Shown in pieces: positions 11,091 through 21,374 of a DNA stretch of 64,000 nt. Source of the DNA: a virus; IMG/VR virus record IMGVR_UViG_3300025098_000019, positions 32,001 to 96,000 of that record. One strand, given 5' to 3'. A model generated the notes under the pieces. The model was not told the origin of the DNA. It saw nothing but the letters and a program-made list of their open reading frames with translations, and did no database searches. Position numbers and translations under genes: made by a program. Numbering within the stretch: the stretch's first letter is position 1; each line of letters begins with the position of its first letter.

Positions 11091-14000
11091 TTAACTACTC
11101 TGCAAACCAATGTTTTGCGTGTTTGTTGCTGTAACTACAGTGCCGGTTGACGACAAACGACTTGCTGTAACTTCAGTTATAATATCAATCTCTGCAACTG
11201 ATGCAGAATTAATGAAAATTTCATCTGATTCTGAACGTATCTCAAACAAGCTACCAAATGATTGTGTTACTTGTTTTGGAACAATAACAAAAGTTACTAG
11301 GTCCGGTGACAGTCTGTTCATTACATATGTTGCTAGTTCTTGGAAATAAAACGTATCTCCAAAGTCCCAATTTTCTAGCGAAAAGTATTGATTTATTGCT
11401 TCAATAGTACGAGTTTTAAGATCACTGTCATTAATAACTTGATCAGGATTTTTAACTATTTTAAATACTGCTTGTAAATCACTTGTTGCTTCTGAGCCAA
11501 ATAATGGCTTGTATTTTACAGGATGATAAATTACTTCATCACTGATAGATTTTATTTTATTAAGTGACGATCCGTAACTTCTAAATAACTCATCAGGTGA
11601 CGGCGGAAGCGGTGCTGTTGGAAGCTGGCCGTCTAAGTACAATCTATAACTTCTATCATAATTTTTAGTTAACATAAACACATCAATTAAGTTACTAGCA
11701 CTAGGATCAATCCTAGCATTATAGTCTGCAACATGTACATAATGGAATTTTAAATTTGCACGACCATTAAATGCTCTATATCCTGCAACAGGTTCTTTTT
11801 TTGGAATACTAGCATTAACTACTCTAAAAAAGTCGCCTTCTTTAAAATACAATATTGTTCCGTCAGTATAAGAACTTATTGGCTGTTCTAAGTTATTGCT
11901 GTCTATTACTTCAATGTTGTTTGCAGCATAATCGATATATCTATAATCTTCTGTTCCTGCTTCTGTTCTGTATTTTTCTAAAATTACAGTTTGGTCAGTG
12001 CTAACTAATTCTGTAAATATCTGTGGATCGTCAATTACTCCATCTTCGTCTGCATCTTTAAATGTAACTTCAATTTTAGTACTGTCAACGTATCCTTCAG
12101 CATCTCTATATTCTTGCATTACTTCCCATGAATAATCTTGGGTGTATGCTTGTGTTGAATTGGGCTGTGTGTTAATGCTTAAAACTGATATTTTATCTTT
12201 AAGTACTTGTCCAGTTTTTGAATCATAAATTTTATCGCTGCTGTCATAATAGAATCTAATTTCTTCATCGCTTTCAAAAACGTAGCGCAATCCTCTATAA
12301 GTTATAGTATATGTTTCACCGTTAGTTTCAAACAAAATTAACCAACTAGAATCAATATTTGAATTTGTCTTATCACCAGCAAATGAGTTACTAAAGTTAT
12401 TAATTTTATTTAAATTAGTTGCCTTAATAACACGCCATGTTTGTGTGTTAATATCATATCGTAAACCAAAATCATTATACGCAAAAATTTGATCAATCAT
12501 TTCAATCTTAACGTCATCTAATAAACTATTAGCAAGACGTGGTTTAATTTCTACTAAGTTAGATCCTTCTGGAATTTTATCAGCAAGTGCAATTGGTCCT
12601 GTTGTAGTTGACAAATTAGTTGTTAAACCGTTTCCTGCAACTGCAAGAACCTTTGTCCATATGTATTGTTTAACTCCATAATTGCTAGAGTTGTTTACAT
12701 CAATTAATTCATTGTTAGAAGTAAATGCATAGCCTGCTGGCGGTTGGAATTTTACAGAAGTGCCTGCTTCAACATATCGCAATGTATTAGATGTAAACGT
12801 GCCTACATTAAATCCTTGCTGATCAGAATCTTCAAAAAATCCTGTATATGTATTAGTATGATTGCTAACTGACTTCCATTTAACCCCTAAATCTAAAGTT
12901 AAAATCTTAGAAAACTTATCTAAGTAAAAATGCTTTATACGTCTATTATCTAAAATAGGCTCTAGGTTATTAATTATAACGCCTTCGATATCAGTTTGTG
13001 TTTGGAATGTAAAACTTGTTTTGTCTGTTGTATATTCTTTATATATTATGCCATCATTGCCGTATAAATTAGTACTAGAATACTTTCCTGTTGAGTCAAT
13101 CAAATCAAAGTATCTTGATATACCGCTTGATATTCTGTTTACACTCTTAACTTTAATAATGTCTTGACTAACTCCTAATGGAGCAACATTATAATCTTCT
13201 CCAGTAATCATTCTATTCTGTGTATAGTATGTTGCAGGAGCATTTTGCTTAATGCTTAGATTTGATTCACTTGCTGCACTATTAGATACAGAATATTGTA
13301 AAGACATTGTTAATGTAAGTTCTTGTACTTTACCTGTTTTACTCAAATACGGTATGTTTATAGAGATATTTGTTAATGCAGCTGGAGAAATAACCATTCC
13401 TCTATTTTCACTTACTCTATAATAAGTACGGAATGTACCTTTTGGTAAACTTCCAAAAACACCATCTGAAAATATAAGATTAATTCTATCATCAATTCTT
13501 GTTAAAACACTGTAAATGTCTCTGATCTTCTTATTAAGACTGTTGTATATAACGTTGTTGCCTTCAACTGCGTCTACCTTTGTCCAAGAATCCACTTCAT
13601 TATTATTAGAATCTAATTTGTAAAGCCAAACATCTGAGTCGTTAATGTTAGTAGCATCAATTGCTACAGTTTGATTAGGAACAGGTTGTGTAATTGAGAA
13701 CTGACCGTTTTCTAAACGCCCTTGTCTAAAGTGTGCAAAGAAACCGGAGTTAGAACTGCCAGCACCTTGTGCATCATCTCTATATAAAAACGCAAAGTTG
13801 TTTCCAGGAATTGGTGGTTCTTCTTGTATGTTGCCATCGTCTATATCTGTTGACACAATTTCAAAACCAGTACTTTTACCTTCAACTGGCTTTTCAAAAC
13901 TAAACACAGGAACATCTGTGTTAACACCGTTAACTCTATATTGTTCTGTTGCTACTCCGCCTACCATTTCTTTTTTGTTTGGTCGACCAAACACACCGTT

Positions 14001-14498
14001 AACTGGAAGTGCTGTGTTTAATACCTTAACAAACTGTTCATACCAATTAGTATTAGTGCTGTCGTTCCATAATATAGTTTGACCTTGCAAGTTTCTACCA
14101 TTTGAATCAATAACGTCTTCAGTTGTACTAACACTAGTGATTTTTAGTAAGCCGTTTGCTGCTTGATTTCTACGAGGATTATAATTAAGTAAACGTGCTA
14201 AACGGAGAACACTTTCTCTACGCTCTGCAAGTTCTAAAAAGTTTTCTCTAGCATTTAGGTCAATACGGAAAGCAAGGTTTTGACCTAAGAAAGCAATCAA
14301 GTCAATTAGTGCTAGATATTCGCTTGATTCTATATAGTCGTTAAAATCCTCAGGATAATTAGTCCTAAGGTAGTTGATCATTGTTCGACGTAAATTGTCA
14401 AAGTCGTATGATTGAAAATCTGCGTTGCGGAAGGTTTGGTATACACGCTTCCAATCTTCTGCAACTAGTAATCTATTCTGTCTATCTGTCGCTGACAT
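11091..14498 (-). CDS. Baseplate wedge subunit, T4 gp6-like (extended, 1135 aa)
   Basis: N-terminal DFDNLRRTMINYLR...DFNDYIESSEYLALIDLIAF...ENFLELAERRESVLRLARLLNYNP and IKQNAPATYYTQNRMITGEDY match gp6/baseplate-J type motifs. Adjacent to the gp25-like gene. Confidence 0.85.
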   Translation of the reverse strand: MSATDRQNRLLVAEDWKRVYQTFRNADFQSYDFDNLRRTMINYLRTNYPEDFNDYIESSEYLALIDLIAFLGQNLAFRIDLNARENFLELAERRESVLRLARLLNYNPRRNQAANGLLKITSVSTTEDVIDSNGRNLQGQTILWNDSTNTNWYEQFVKVLNTALPVNGVFGRPNKKEMVGGVATEQYRVNGVNTDVPVFSFEKPVEGKSTGFEIVSTDIDDGNIQEEPPIPGNNFAFLYRDDAQGAGSSNSGFFAHFRQGRLENGQFSITQPVPNQTVAIDATNINDSDVWLYKLDSNNNEVDSWTKVDAVEGNNVIYNSLNKKIRDIYSVLTRIDDRINLIFSDGVFGSLPKGTFRTYYRVSENRGMVISPAALTNISINIPYLSKTGKVQELTLTMSLQYSVSNSAASESNLSIKQNAPATYYTQNRMITGEDYNVAPLGVSQDIIKVKSVNRISSGISRYFDLIDSTGKYSSTNLYGNDGIIYKEYTTDKTSFTFQTQTDIEGVIINNLEPILDNRRIKHFYLDKFSKILTLDLGVKWKSVSNHTNTYTGFFEDSDQQGFNVGTFTSNTLRYVEAGTSVKFQPPAGYAFTSNNELIDVNNSSNYGVKQYIWTKVLAVAGNGLTTNLSTTTGPIALADKIPEGSNLVEIKPRLANSLLDDVKIEMIDQIFAYNDFGLRYDINTQTWRVIKATNLNKINNFSNSFAGDKTNSNIDSSWLILFETNGETYTITYRGLRYVFESDEEIRFYYDSSDKIYDSKTGQVLKDKISVLSINTQPNSTQAYTQDYSWEVMQEYRDAEGYVDSTKIEVTFKDADEDGVIDDPQIFTELVSTDQTVILEKYRTEAGTEDYRYIDYAANNIEVIDSNNLEQPISSYTDGTILYFKEGDFFRVVNASIPKKEPVAGYRAFNGRANLKFHYVHVADYNARIDPSASNLIDVFMLTKNYDRSYRLYLDGQLPTAPLPPSPDELFRSYGSSLNKIKSISDEVIYHPVKYKPLFGSEATSDLQAVFKIVKNPDQVINDSDLKTRTIEAINQYFSLENWDFGDTFYFQELATYVMNRLSPDLVTFVIVPKQVTQSFGSLFEIRSESDEIFINSASVAEIDIITEVTASRLSSTGTVVTATNTQNIGLQSS

Positions 14499-14518
14499 GT
14501 GCTTTCCTCGTTATAATG

Positions 14519-14524
14519 TATTTA
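14519..14524 (-). promoter_or_regulatory. Late promoter (ATAAATAC) upstream of gp6
   Basis: Recurrent TAAATA motif, followed by a GAGGA RBS. Confidence 0.65.
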
Positions 14525-14550
14525 TTCAATTTAAAATATGCGTATATAAC

Positions 14551-14997
14551 TTAGGAAAGTAATCCGTTGTCTTGATCAAACTGTAACCGCATAGTTTCAG
14601 CTATACTGTAATTTAAGTAAACTAACACACATTCTATTTGTAAACCGCTTTCGTATTCTTCTACTATTACTTGATCAGCTTGTACTCTTGGATCGTAATT
14701 AATAATATCTTCTACATTTTCAACAATAGCAGCTTTAAGATTCTCAGTTAACGGATCAAATAAAACGTCCCAAATAATTGTTCCAAATTCAGGTTGTTCT
14801 AATTTTTCACCTTGCCGTATGTGAAAATGATTTATTATGTCTTGTTTGATAACTGCAAGATCATATAATTTGTTACCAATATTTTCGTTGCTAACTGAAC
14901 TAATCGATCTGTACGTAGCAGACGATGATGGTTTTTGCTGACTTTGTGGTACATCAACAATTACCCGTTTATATAAGTTTTTTTCTAAAGTGCTCAT
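14551..14997 (-). CDS. Baseplate wedge protein, gp25-like
   Basis: IKQDIINHFHIRQGEKLEQPEFGTIIWDVLFDP...IINYDPRV is the gp25/GPW signature, and the size (148 aa) fits. Confidence 0.9.
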   Translation of the reverse strand: MSTLEKNLYKRVIVDVPQSQQKPSSSATYRSISSVSNENIGNKLYDLAVIKQDIINHFHIRQGEKLEQPEFGTIIWDVLFDPLTENLKAAIVENVEDIINYDPRVQADQVIVEEYESGLQIECVLVYLNYSIAETMRLQFDQDNGLLS

Positions 14998-15001
14998 AAC
15001 G

Positions 15002-15007
15002 TATTTA
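15002..15007 (-). promoter_or_regulatory. Late promoter (ATAAATAC) upstream of gp25
   Basis: TAAATA 4 nt before the ATG. Confidence 0.65.
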
Positions 15008-15009
15008 TG

Positions 15010-17397
15010 TTAAACAATTTGTCCAGTTTGTTTAGCATTCCTTAATGCTGCTACTAATTCTTCAGTAGATATTAATGACTTATTCAGCCCATCGCCTGAG
15101 TAATAACTTTCTCCAGGATTTACAATTCGCTGTGATCCTTGTGTTTTATTAATTACAGGCATACTTGCCCATTCTTGAGCAATACTTTTTGCCATTGCTG
15201 CTTCTGACTTTGTACCTTTAATAAAATCGTTAATTTTTCTTCTACTTAATAATTCCTTGGCTGCTCTATCTTGGGCATCTTGATTAAATAATTCATCTTC
15301 GGATATTGCTACTCCAATAAGGCTTTTAAGTGTCTTTCTAATAAACTGATATCTTCCAACAGCAGAGCTTGCTGAGCCAGCTGCAACACTGTCATCTTGC
15401 CACTGTTGAACTTCTGCTACTGTCATCTGTATAAGCGGCTTAGGTGTTGATATTTTAGATCCACTGTAAATAGTATTATACCCAGAACTTTCTGCATTTC
15501 CGATAACATCTAGTAAGTTTCCAAACGCTCCAACAGCAGAATAGTTTGCTGGAGGGAAGTTGTTTGGACTAGATGTTACTTGTGATGTTCCGCTTCTAGC
15601 TGTAGTTGTTGCAGTACCTGTCGCAGATCCGCCTGTTCCGCTAAAGTTAGCTGTGTTTAGACTTTTTCTAAAAGTATCAACTGCATTTATAAGGGAACCT
15701 GATTGTGTTGAATTGGTATTTAATACATCAGTTTGGATTGGCTTAAATGCCATTGGATTTAAGTTTTCATGATGTGGCCAAGGTTCGTGGCTTGGCATAC
15801 GTTTTACTATTGACGAAACATCAGATGCTACAGTTGTTCCAGGAGTTACTTTTGGAACAGCATGTGTGTTTAACGGTACAACTGGTGTTGCATCCTCTGC
15901 GTCTGTTGATGCTGTAGCAGGAGTAACGTCTCCGCTATTCATATTAATGTTTACACCTTGCTGTTCTATATTCGCCGAGGCTTTAATATTAACGGCGCCT
16001 TCTGATGCAGAAAGATACGTATTTTTACCACTAGCATGTAGATTGGCATCTGTGTTTACATGTAAATCATCCACTGCTTTAATATGTCCTTGTACATCTG
16101 CTAATATGTATAAATTTGCATTTGTATGATGATGAATATCGCCTTCAACTAAAGTTTTTTGGTATCCAGTAACTTTAGTTTCTTGATATCCTGCAACTTC
16201 AGTTTTCATATTTTGTTCAACAAGTATATTAGTATCGTATTTGCTTTCTATTTGTACATTGCCGCTTGTTCCGCCTTCGGCAGATCCGTTAGTTGCTCTT
16301 GCACTTGCACGAATATTAACATTTCGGCCGCCTTCAATATTAACATCTCTATCAGCACTTAAATTAATATCTGCATCGCTATGTATACTAATACTATCTG
16401 ATCCGTAAATATCTATTTTACCATCACTGGTTAATTCTACCCATGCTGTGCCACGAGAATTACCAATATAAACAAAGTCTTCTGTGTTGTGCATTACAAT
16501 TTGATGGCCTGTTCGTGTTCTAAAACGTACTAGCTCATTGTGAAGTAATGTTCTATCGCCGTTTTTTTCGCCGGCTTCAACATTTACATAATCTGGAGGT
16601 CCTTCACTAGCATGTGTTTTTCGTATTAGTGTATTATCTCCGTCATCCATTACAAAACTTGAACCTCCAAGTCTGTTAACAAATACACTTTGCGACCCAG
16701 GTCCAGCTGCTAAACCTCTTAGTGAAAAATCACGTTTATCTACTGGTCCAGGAGTGCTTATTCCAAAAACACTGCTAGGTACTTCTCGCCTAGCACTTGT
16801 CGAAGTTGTTCCTCTATTATCGTCGTTTAAAAGACCTTGGACTTCTAATACTTGTGTAAAATCTTTATTGTATGGTTTTGGAAATTTAGTTGGATCTCTT
16901 GCTTCGCCTTTTTCGATGTACTTGTTATATTCACCAACAGGAAGTTTTTGTCCTTTTATATTATTCGGTGTTCCGTCGGTTGTAATTGTTGTACTGGCTT
17001 TACCGTCAGGCACCATAAAATTCATATGTTTATCTTGTATACAACCTATCCAATAACCTTGTGATACATCGCCTTCAGCAAAAATTACTAATACTCTTGC
17101 GCCTGGATCTGGCGGAACTGCCCAAAACCCATAGCTTTTTTGAGAACTTGCATAACCGTCATTTGGTGTTGTATGGTTAGGATTTGTTACTCCATAAAAT
17201 GGGCTGAGGTATTTTACTATAACACTAGTACCTATTTTATTAGGTATTGAACCTGAGCTGCCTCCTTTGAGTATATCTACTTTTAAACTTCCCATATAAT
17301 GAGGGTCAAGGTTACTAACCACAACTGCTTCATATGGTCCAGGTCCTATTGATTTTTCTAATTTTTCTCTATTAGTTCTTTTACTTTCGCCGGACAT
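15010..17397 (-). CDS. Baseplate hub/central spike, gp5-like, with a C-terminal lysozyme-like domain
   Basis: N-terminal OB-fold-type segment (DPHYMGSLKV...VPPDPGARVLVIFAEGD..GYWIG), RTRTGHQI, ~8-residue beta-helix repeats (KTEVAGYQETKVTGYQKTLVEGD), and a C-terminal muramidase-like domain (IGNAES..Y...SAVGRYQF...QEWASMP). Confidence 0.8.
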   Translation of the reverse strand: MSGESKRTNREKLEKSIGPGPYEAVVVSNLDPHYMGSLKVDILKGGSSGSIPNKIGTSVIVKYLSPFYGVTNPNHTTPNDGYASSQKSYGFWAVPPDPGARVLVIFAEGDVSQGYWIGCIQDKHMNFMVPDGKASTTITTDGTPNNIKGQKLPVGEYNKYIEKGEARDPTKFPKPYNKDFTQVLEVQGLLNDDNRGTTSTSARREVPSSVFGISTPGPVDKRDFSLRGLAAGPGSQSVFVNRLGGSSFVMDDGDNTLIRKTHASEGPPDYVNVEAGEKNGDRTLLHNELVRFRTRTGHQIVMHNTEDFVYIGNSRGTAWVELTSDGKIDIYGSDSISIHSDADINLSADRDVNIEGGRNVNIRASARATNGSAEGGTSGNVQIESKYDTNILVEQNMKTEVAGYQETKVTGYQKTLVEGDIHHHTNANLYILADVQGHIKAVDDLHVNTDANLHASGKNTYLSASEGAVNIKASANIEQQGVNINMNSGDVTPATASTDAEDATPVVPLNTHAVPKVTPGTTVASDVSSIVKRMPSHEPWPHHENLNPMAFKPIQTDVLNTNSTQSGSLINAVDTFRKSLNTANFSGTGGSATGTATTTARSGTSQVTSSPNNFPPANYSAVGAFGNLLDVIGNAESSGYNTIYSGSKISTPKPLIQMTVAEVQQWQDDSVAAGSASSAVGRYQFIRKTLKSLIGVAISEDELFNQDAQDRAAKELLSRRKINDFIKGTKSEAAMAKSIAQEWASMPVINKTQGSQRIVNPGESYYSGDGLNKSLISTEELVAALRNAKQTGQIV

Positions 17398-20300
17398 TAC
17401 TGCGGGCCTCCTGTATTTGGATCTGATTCTTCAGGTGTTGTTGGTAGTGTAGTAGTAGGTTGATATGTTGCATTATAATTTTGATATGCTGCTAATACCT
17501 TGCTTCCAGTGTTATAACTATATAAGTTATCATTCACGTCTGTAGGCAAGTACTGGCGCAATACATCTCCAAATCCGCCTTGTATTTGATTGCTTACTTG
17601 TAGTCGTTGTGTTACTGGCTGTGTCCCTGACACAGTTGGTTGACTTTCAACTGTTTGTTGTGCAGCAGTTTTTACTGTGCCATCTGCATTGTGTGTTTGG
17701 CCATATTTTGCGTTCCATGCTGCCAGTGCTTTACCTTCCAAACCCAAACTAATTCTAGGTGCAACAGGTTGTAATGTTGGAACTTTAGCACTTGTTGATC
17801 CAATCTGTTCACGTCCTCTTGGGTCGTTATCATCTAATTGGGTACTTGCATTATCACTTGTTTGTGCTTGTGGTGGACTTCCATCCTCTGGTAAAGGCGG
17901 TTCTTGATCAGGTGCTTTAGGTATTAATCCGTTGCGCGGCCAGTCTAGCGTTCCTCCTTCAAAAGATGCTGCTGAGAAGTGCATAGCATCAACAGAACTT
18001 TTCCAGTTGCCTCCCCATCCAAGTCCGTGTTTCTTAGCAAGTGCTAACATTTCATTTCCGGTTCCGTCTTCAGGCATGTCTGTAGGTTCGCCGCTCGGAA
18101 GTGGTTGCGGCCTTGGTCTTTTATAAGCATTTTCTGCGGAATTAATATCTATTGCTAGACCACTAGCATGATAACTTGGTTTACTTGACCCGATTGACGT
18201 GCGGTTTACATAGCCGCCTAATGTTCTAATTTCATAACCGTAAAAATCTTCAAGTTCGTCTATAAGAGCTTGAAACTGTTCTCCTACAATTTTTGCAACT
18301 TGTGTTGTTTTTCCAGACTTAGTTGTAATAGTAACAAGTTCTCCATTTTTCTCCGACTGTAAAGGTCTAGCAATTCTTCTTGATGAATTAGGCGCAACTC
18401 TTTCTGTTGGATCTTGACCAATCCTTTCTGCTAAAGGTCTTTCATTAGGGTTTAATGATTTAGATTGTGGATTTTCTACTAATGTCTTAGCTGTACTGAT
18501 ACCTTCGGTACTTTGATTCTTTCTACGAAGTAAGTTTAACTTTTGTGTAAATTTATTACCTGATATACTTGTAGTTAATGTTAAAATTTTATACAATCCG
18601 CTAAAACTATCTACCGGTATAGTGTCTCCTGGAAATTCCATTATTCCTGAATTCATACTATAGTCTATTGGGGTCCTAAAGTTAACTAAAATATCTACTT
18701 CGCTTCTTTGATGATCAATACTACCGTCTGCTGTAATATTAATACTAGGTCCTTGTGCTGCTGTGTAGTTTCCTACACCGCTATCAGGTATATAAAAAGG
18801 GTCTCCCCAAATTTCCAGTTCAGCAGTAATTAAATCTGCGTCACTATTTAAAAGTGTATTATGTAGTTGTCTAGCTAAGTTAGTTGCTGCTGTGGCATTA
18901 AAGTTATTGCTTGTAAATCCAACTTGGTTTACAGCTTGTGTTGTTCCTTCAGGTAACGATCCGCCTGAAGTATCAGGTGTTAACGTAGGTTCAGGTCCTT
19001 CAGCAGTTGATTTGTCTCTACTACCATTTATTTGCGCACTGCTTAGTTGTCCTAAGTCTGCTCTCATAGCTTCAAAGAACGCTGCATTAAATTTAATTTC
19101 AAAACCTAATACGTCAGTGTTCATTCCGCTATAGATATAATTGTATGACTTAGGTGCTTGTTTTGCTAATGCAACATTGCCTTTTGTTGTTTTGTTAGGT
19201 GAACTAAATTGTGATACATTAACATCATACCTAACTACATCATATACAAAGATTCTTGCACTCTTACCTGTAATATTCTCAAAATCCGGATCGTCGATCA
19301 TATACACTTTTGGTTCAACCTTAAACCAAGGTATATTTCCTTCTTCGTTTACTAAATCTAATGCTGATTTTCCGTATGTACTAACTAACACAATTTCTTC
19401 AATAATCTTAGTTATCGGAGTGCCTTGACTAAATTTAAAAGTTCTATTACTGTCACTGATTGTTAATTCAATACCATCTCTTTCATAAAGTTTTTTATCT
19501 TCATTCCAAGTGTATAAGCCTAAACCAAATGGCGAATCGCCGCTTGAATTTGTTCTATCTAACATTGGAGCTGCGCCAATTGGGTTAAGATCACTAACAG
19601 CACTACCTCGTAACACTCCTAATAAACTACTTGAATTTGTATCTAGTCCAATATTTGCAAAATAGTCTGTAATATTTCGTGCTGCGGCATCACTAATATC
19701 TGTACCAAGACGTGAAGCAACAGATTCACGATCAGTAACTGTTGCTGAATTATCGGCTGCTGTTTTTGAATCACCTAACGTAGGATTTCCTGCATCTCTA
19801 GAAGTTGGAAATCTAATAAGATAAAAGTCGCTTGTCGGCATGCCTGCACTTTGTGCAACTTCTTGTAATTTAGCATTCATTGATGTTGTAAGACTTTGCT
19901 CGCCCGCACACAAACATTCAAAAACATTTGAACCTGTAATTTCAATAGTATCCTGTATGTTCATTATTTCGTTCATTAATGCAGATTCGTTCCAAGGTAT
20001 ACAATTAACAGTATATGTTGAGCCGCCTTTTTCAACATCAAACTCTACTGACATTAATTTAAAAGGAATTTTTCTATTTGAATACTTAATAGGTTCTGCT
20101 ATACCGTTATCGTTCCATCCTACGAAATCTAGTTCGAGCAAATAAGGTGCTTGCAGGTAATTTTGAAACCCTCCACTAAATGCTGCTGCTTGTAACGACT
20201 GTAGAAATAATCCCATTGAATACGGTTCTTGCACTTGAAAAGAAAATTGCATAGACTGTGCTACACCTGCTTGTTTAGATGGAGCAATAACTGATTCAAG

Positions 20301-21068
20301 TTCAAAGTTATCAATAAAGTATTCTAAATTTCCAGGTTCAAGTCCTAAAGCATCATACGCTGTTTGTATTCTCTTATCATCAATTCCGCCACCGCCTGAT
20401 CTAAGTATAGTAAAATCGGCTCCGTTTTGTCTATACGAGTCTTGTGGGTTATTAATACTATTTGTCGAAAGTACACCTAGTGTAAAAATACAATTATAAG
20501 AGTGGTATGCTTCTAGCTGATTTTTTAAAACTGCACCAGGTCCTGGAGGATATGTTTCTGCTGTAGATGTTGATCCAATTTGAGAAGTTGATTGTAATGC
20601 AGTCTCGAGTATTGTTTCAAGATCTATTATTGGTGTTGTTAATGATCCTATTTGTCCATAAACATCTTCTAGTGCTGCGGTTGCTGAATTTGCAAGTCCG
20701 GTCAACGATGAAACAGATCCAGGAAGAATATTAGTAACATAATCTTGTATTGCTGATCCAGTAGATGCTCCAAATCCGTTAGCAAACTTGTTTAATGACG
20801 GAGGAAATATATCTTTAAATTCGCCTGTTGGTGCAGCAAATTTAGACATTAATCCTTGAGGACCTTTAGCTATTAATTTTCCTACAGTGTCAACATTAGC
20901 AAATTGATTATCTAGTACCTTTACCTGACTTGAAAAACTAGATGCTGTTGCACTTAACCCATTTTTCAAAGGACTAAAATCAGGAGTCTGAATATTTCCA
21001 AACGATCCATCTGCTGCTTTGGCTAGAGCGGCTGTCTTGTTTTGTATTATCTTACTAGGATCTATCAT
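17397..21068 (-). CDS. Baseplate hub protein (gp27-like position) with an M15-family peptidoglycan peptidase domain
   Basis: Lies between the gp53-like and gp5-like genes. Contains LEIWGDPFY and SGLYKILTLTTSISGNKFTQKLNL, typical of hub C-termini. Near 17960-18340, GGYVNR...SYHASGLAIDIN...GLGWGGNW..DAMHF gives the SxH-x6-D and final His zinc ligands of peptidase M15. Confidence 0.7.
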   Translation of the reverse strand: MIDPSKIIQNKTAALAKAADGSFGNIQTPDFSPLKNGLSATASSFSSQVKVLDNQFANVDTVGKLIAKGPQGLMSKFAAPTGEFKDIFPPSLNKFANGFGASTGSAIQDYVTNILPGSVSSLTGLANSATAALEDVYGQIGSLTTPIIDLETILETALQSTSQIGSTSTAETYPPGPGAVLKNQLEAYHSYNCIFTLGVLSTNSINNPQDSYRQNGADFTILRSGGGGIDDKRIQTAYDALGLEPGNLEYFIDNFELESVIAPSKQAGVAQSMQFSFQVQEPYSMGLFLQSLQAAAFSGGFQNYLQAPYLLELDFVGWNDNGIAEPIKYSNRKIPFKLMSVEFDVEKGGSTYTVNCIPWNESALMNEIMNIQDTIEITGSNVFECLCAGEQSLTTSMNAKLQEVAQSAGMPTSDFYLIRFPTSRDAGNPTLGDSKTAADNSATVTDRESVASRLGTDISDAAARNITDYFANIGLDTNSSSLLGVLRGSAVSDLNPIGAAPMLDRTNSSGDSPFGLGLYTWNEDKKLYERDGIELTISDSNRTFKFSQGTPITKIIEEIVLVSTYGKSALDLVNEEGNIPWFKVEPKVYMIDDPDFENITGKSARIFVYDVVRYDVNVSQFSSPNKTTKGNVALAKQAPKSYNYIYSGMNTDVLGFEIKFNAAFFEAMRADLGQLSSAQINGSRDKSTAEGPEPTLTPDTSGGSLPEGTTQAVNQVGFTSNNFNATAATNLARQLHNTLLNSDADLITAELEIWGDPFYIPDSGVGNYTAAQGPSINITADGSIDHQRSEVDILVNFRTPIDYSMNSGIMEFPGDTIPVDSFSGLYKILTLTTSISGNKFTQKLNLLRRKNQSTEGISTAKTLVENPQSKSLNPNERPLAERIGQDPTERVAPNSSRRIARPLQSEKNGELVTITTKSGKTTQVAKIVGEQFQALIDELEDFYGYEIRTLGGYVNRTSIGSSKPSYHASGLAIDINSAENAYKRPRPQPLPSGEPTDMPEDGTGNEMLALAKKHGLGWGGNWKSSVDAMHFSAASFEGGTLDWPRNGLIPKAPDQEPPLPEDGSPPQAQTSDNASTQLDDNDPRGREQIGSTSAKVPTLQPVAPRISLGLEGKALAAWNAKYGQTHNADGTVKTAAQQTVESQPTVSGTQPVTQRLQVSNQIQGGFGDVLRQYLPTDVNDNLYSYNTGSKVLAAYQNYNATYQPTTTLPTTPEESDPNTGGPQ

Positions 21069-21071
21069 ATA

Positions 21072-21374
21072 TTAAACGCCTAAAACTTTTTTTAATTTAT
21101 CTGGTGAAGGTAGATATATTTCTGTTCCTGCTATAAAATCAAAAACAGGATCTTTTATAGTATTCATATTTCGTTGTGCAAATACCCACCATAATTTAGG
21201 AGTACCATAATAATCGTAAGATAGTAAATCAGGACGATATGTATATTGAGGTTCAATAGTATAAACGCTATCGTCAGCACTTTCTGGAACAGGACGTATT
21301 CTCAAAATATCAAGTGCGCCTTGAGCAGTGTATCCTGTATTATTCCAAGGACTTGTTGTAGTATATGATGCCAT
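21072..21374 (-). CDS. Baseplate wedge protein, gp53-like (LysM-type)
   Basis: YTI...RPDLLSYDYYGTPKLWWVFAQRN...DP..DFIAGTEIYLP motif. Confidence 0.85.
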   Translation of the reverse strand: MASYTTTSPWNNTGYTAQGALDILRIRPVPESADDSVYTIEPQYTYRPDLLSYDYYGTPKLWWVFAQRNMNTIKDPVFDFIAGTEIYLPSPDKLKKVLGV

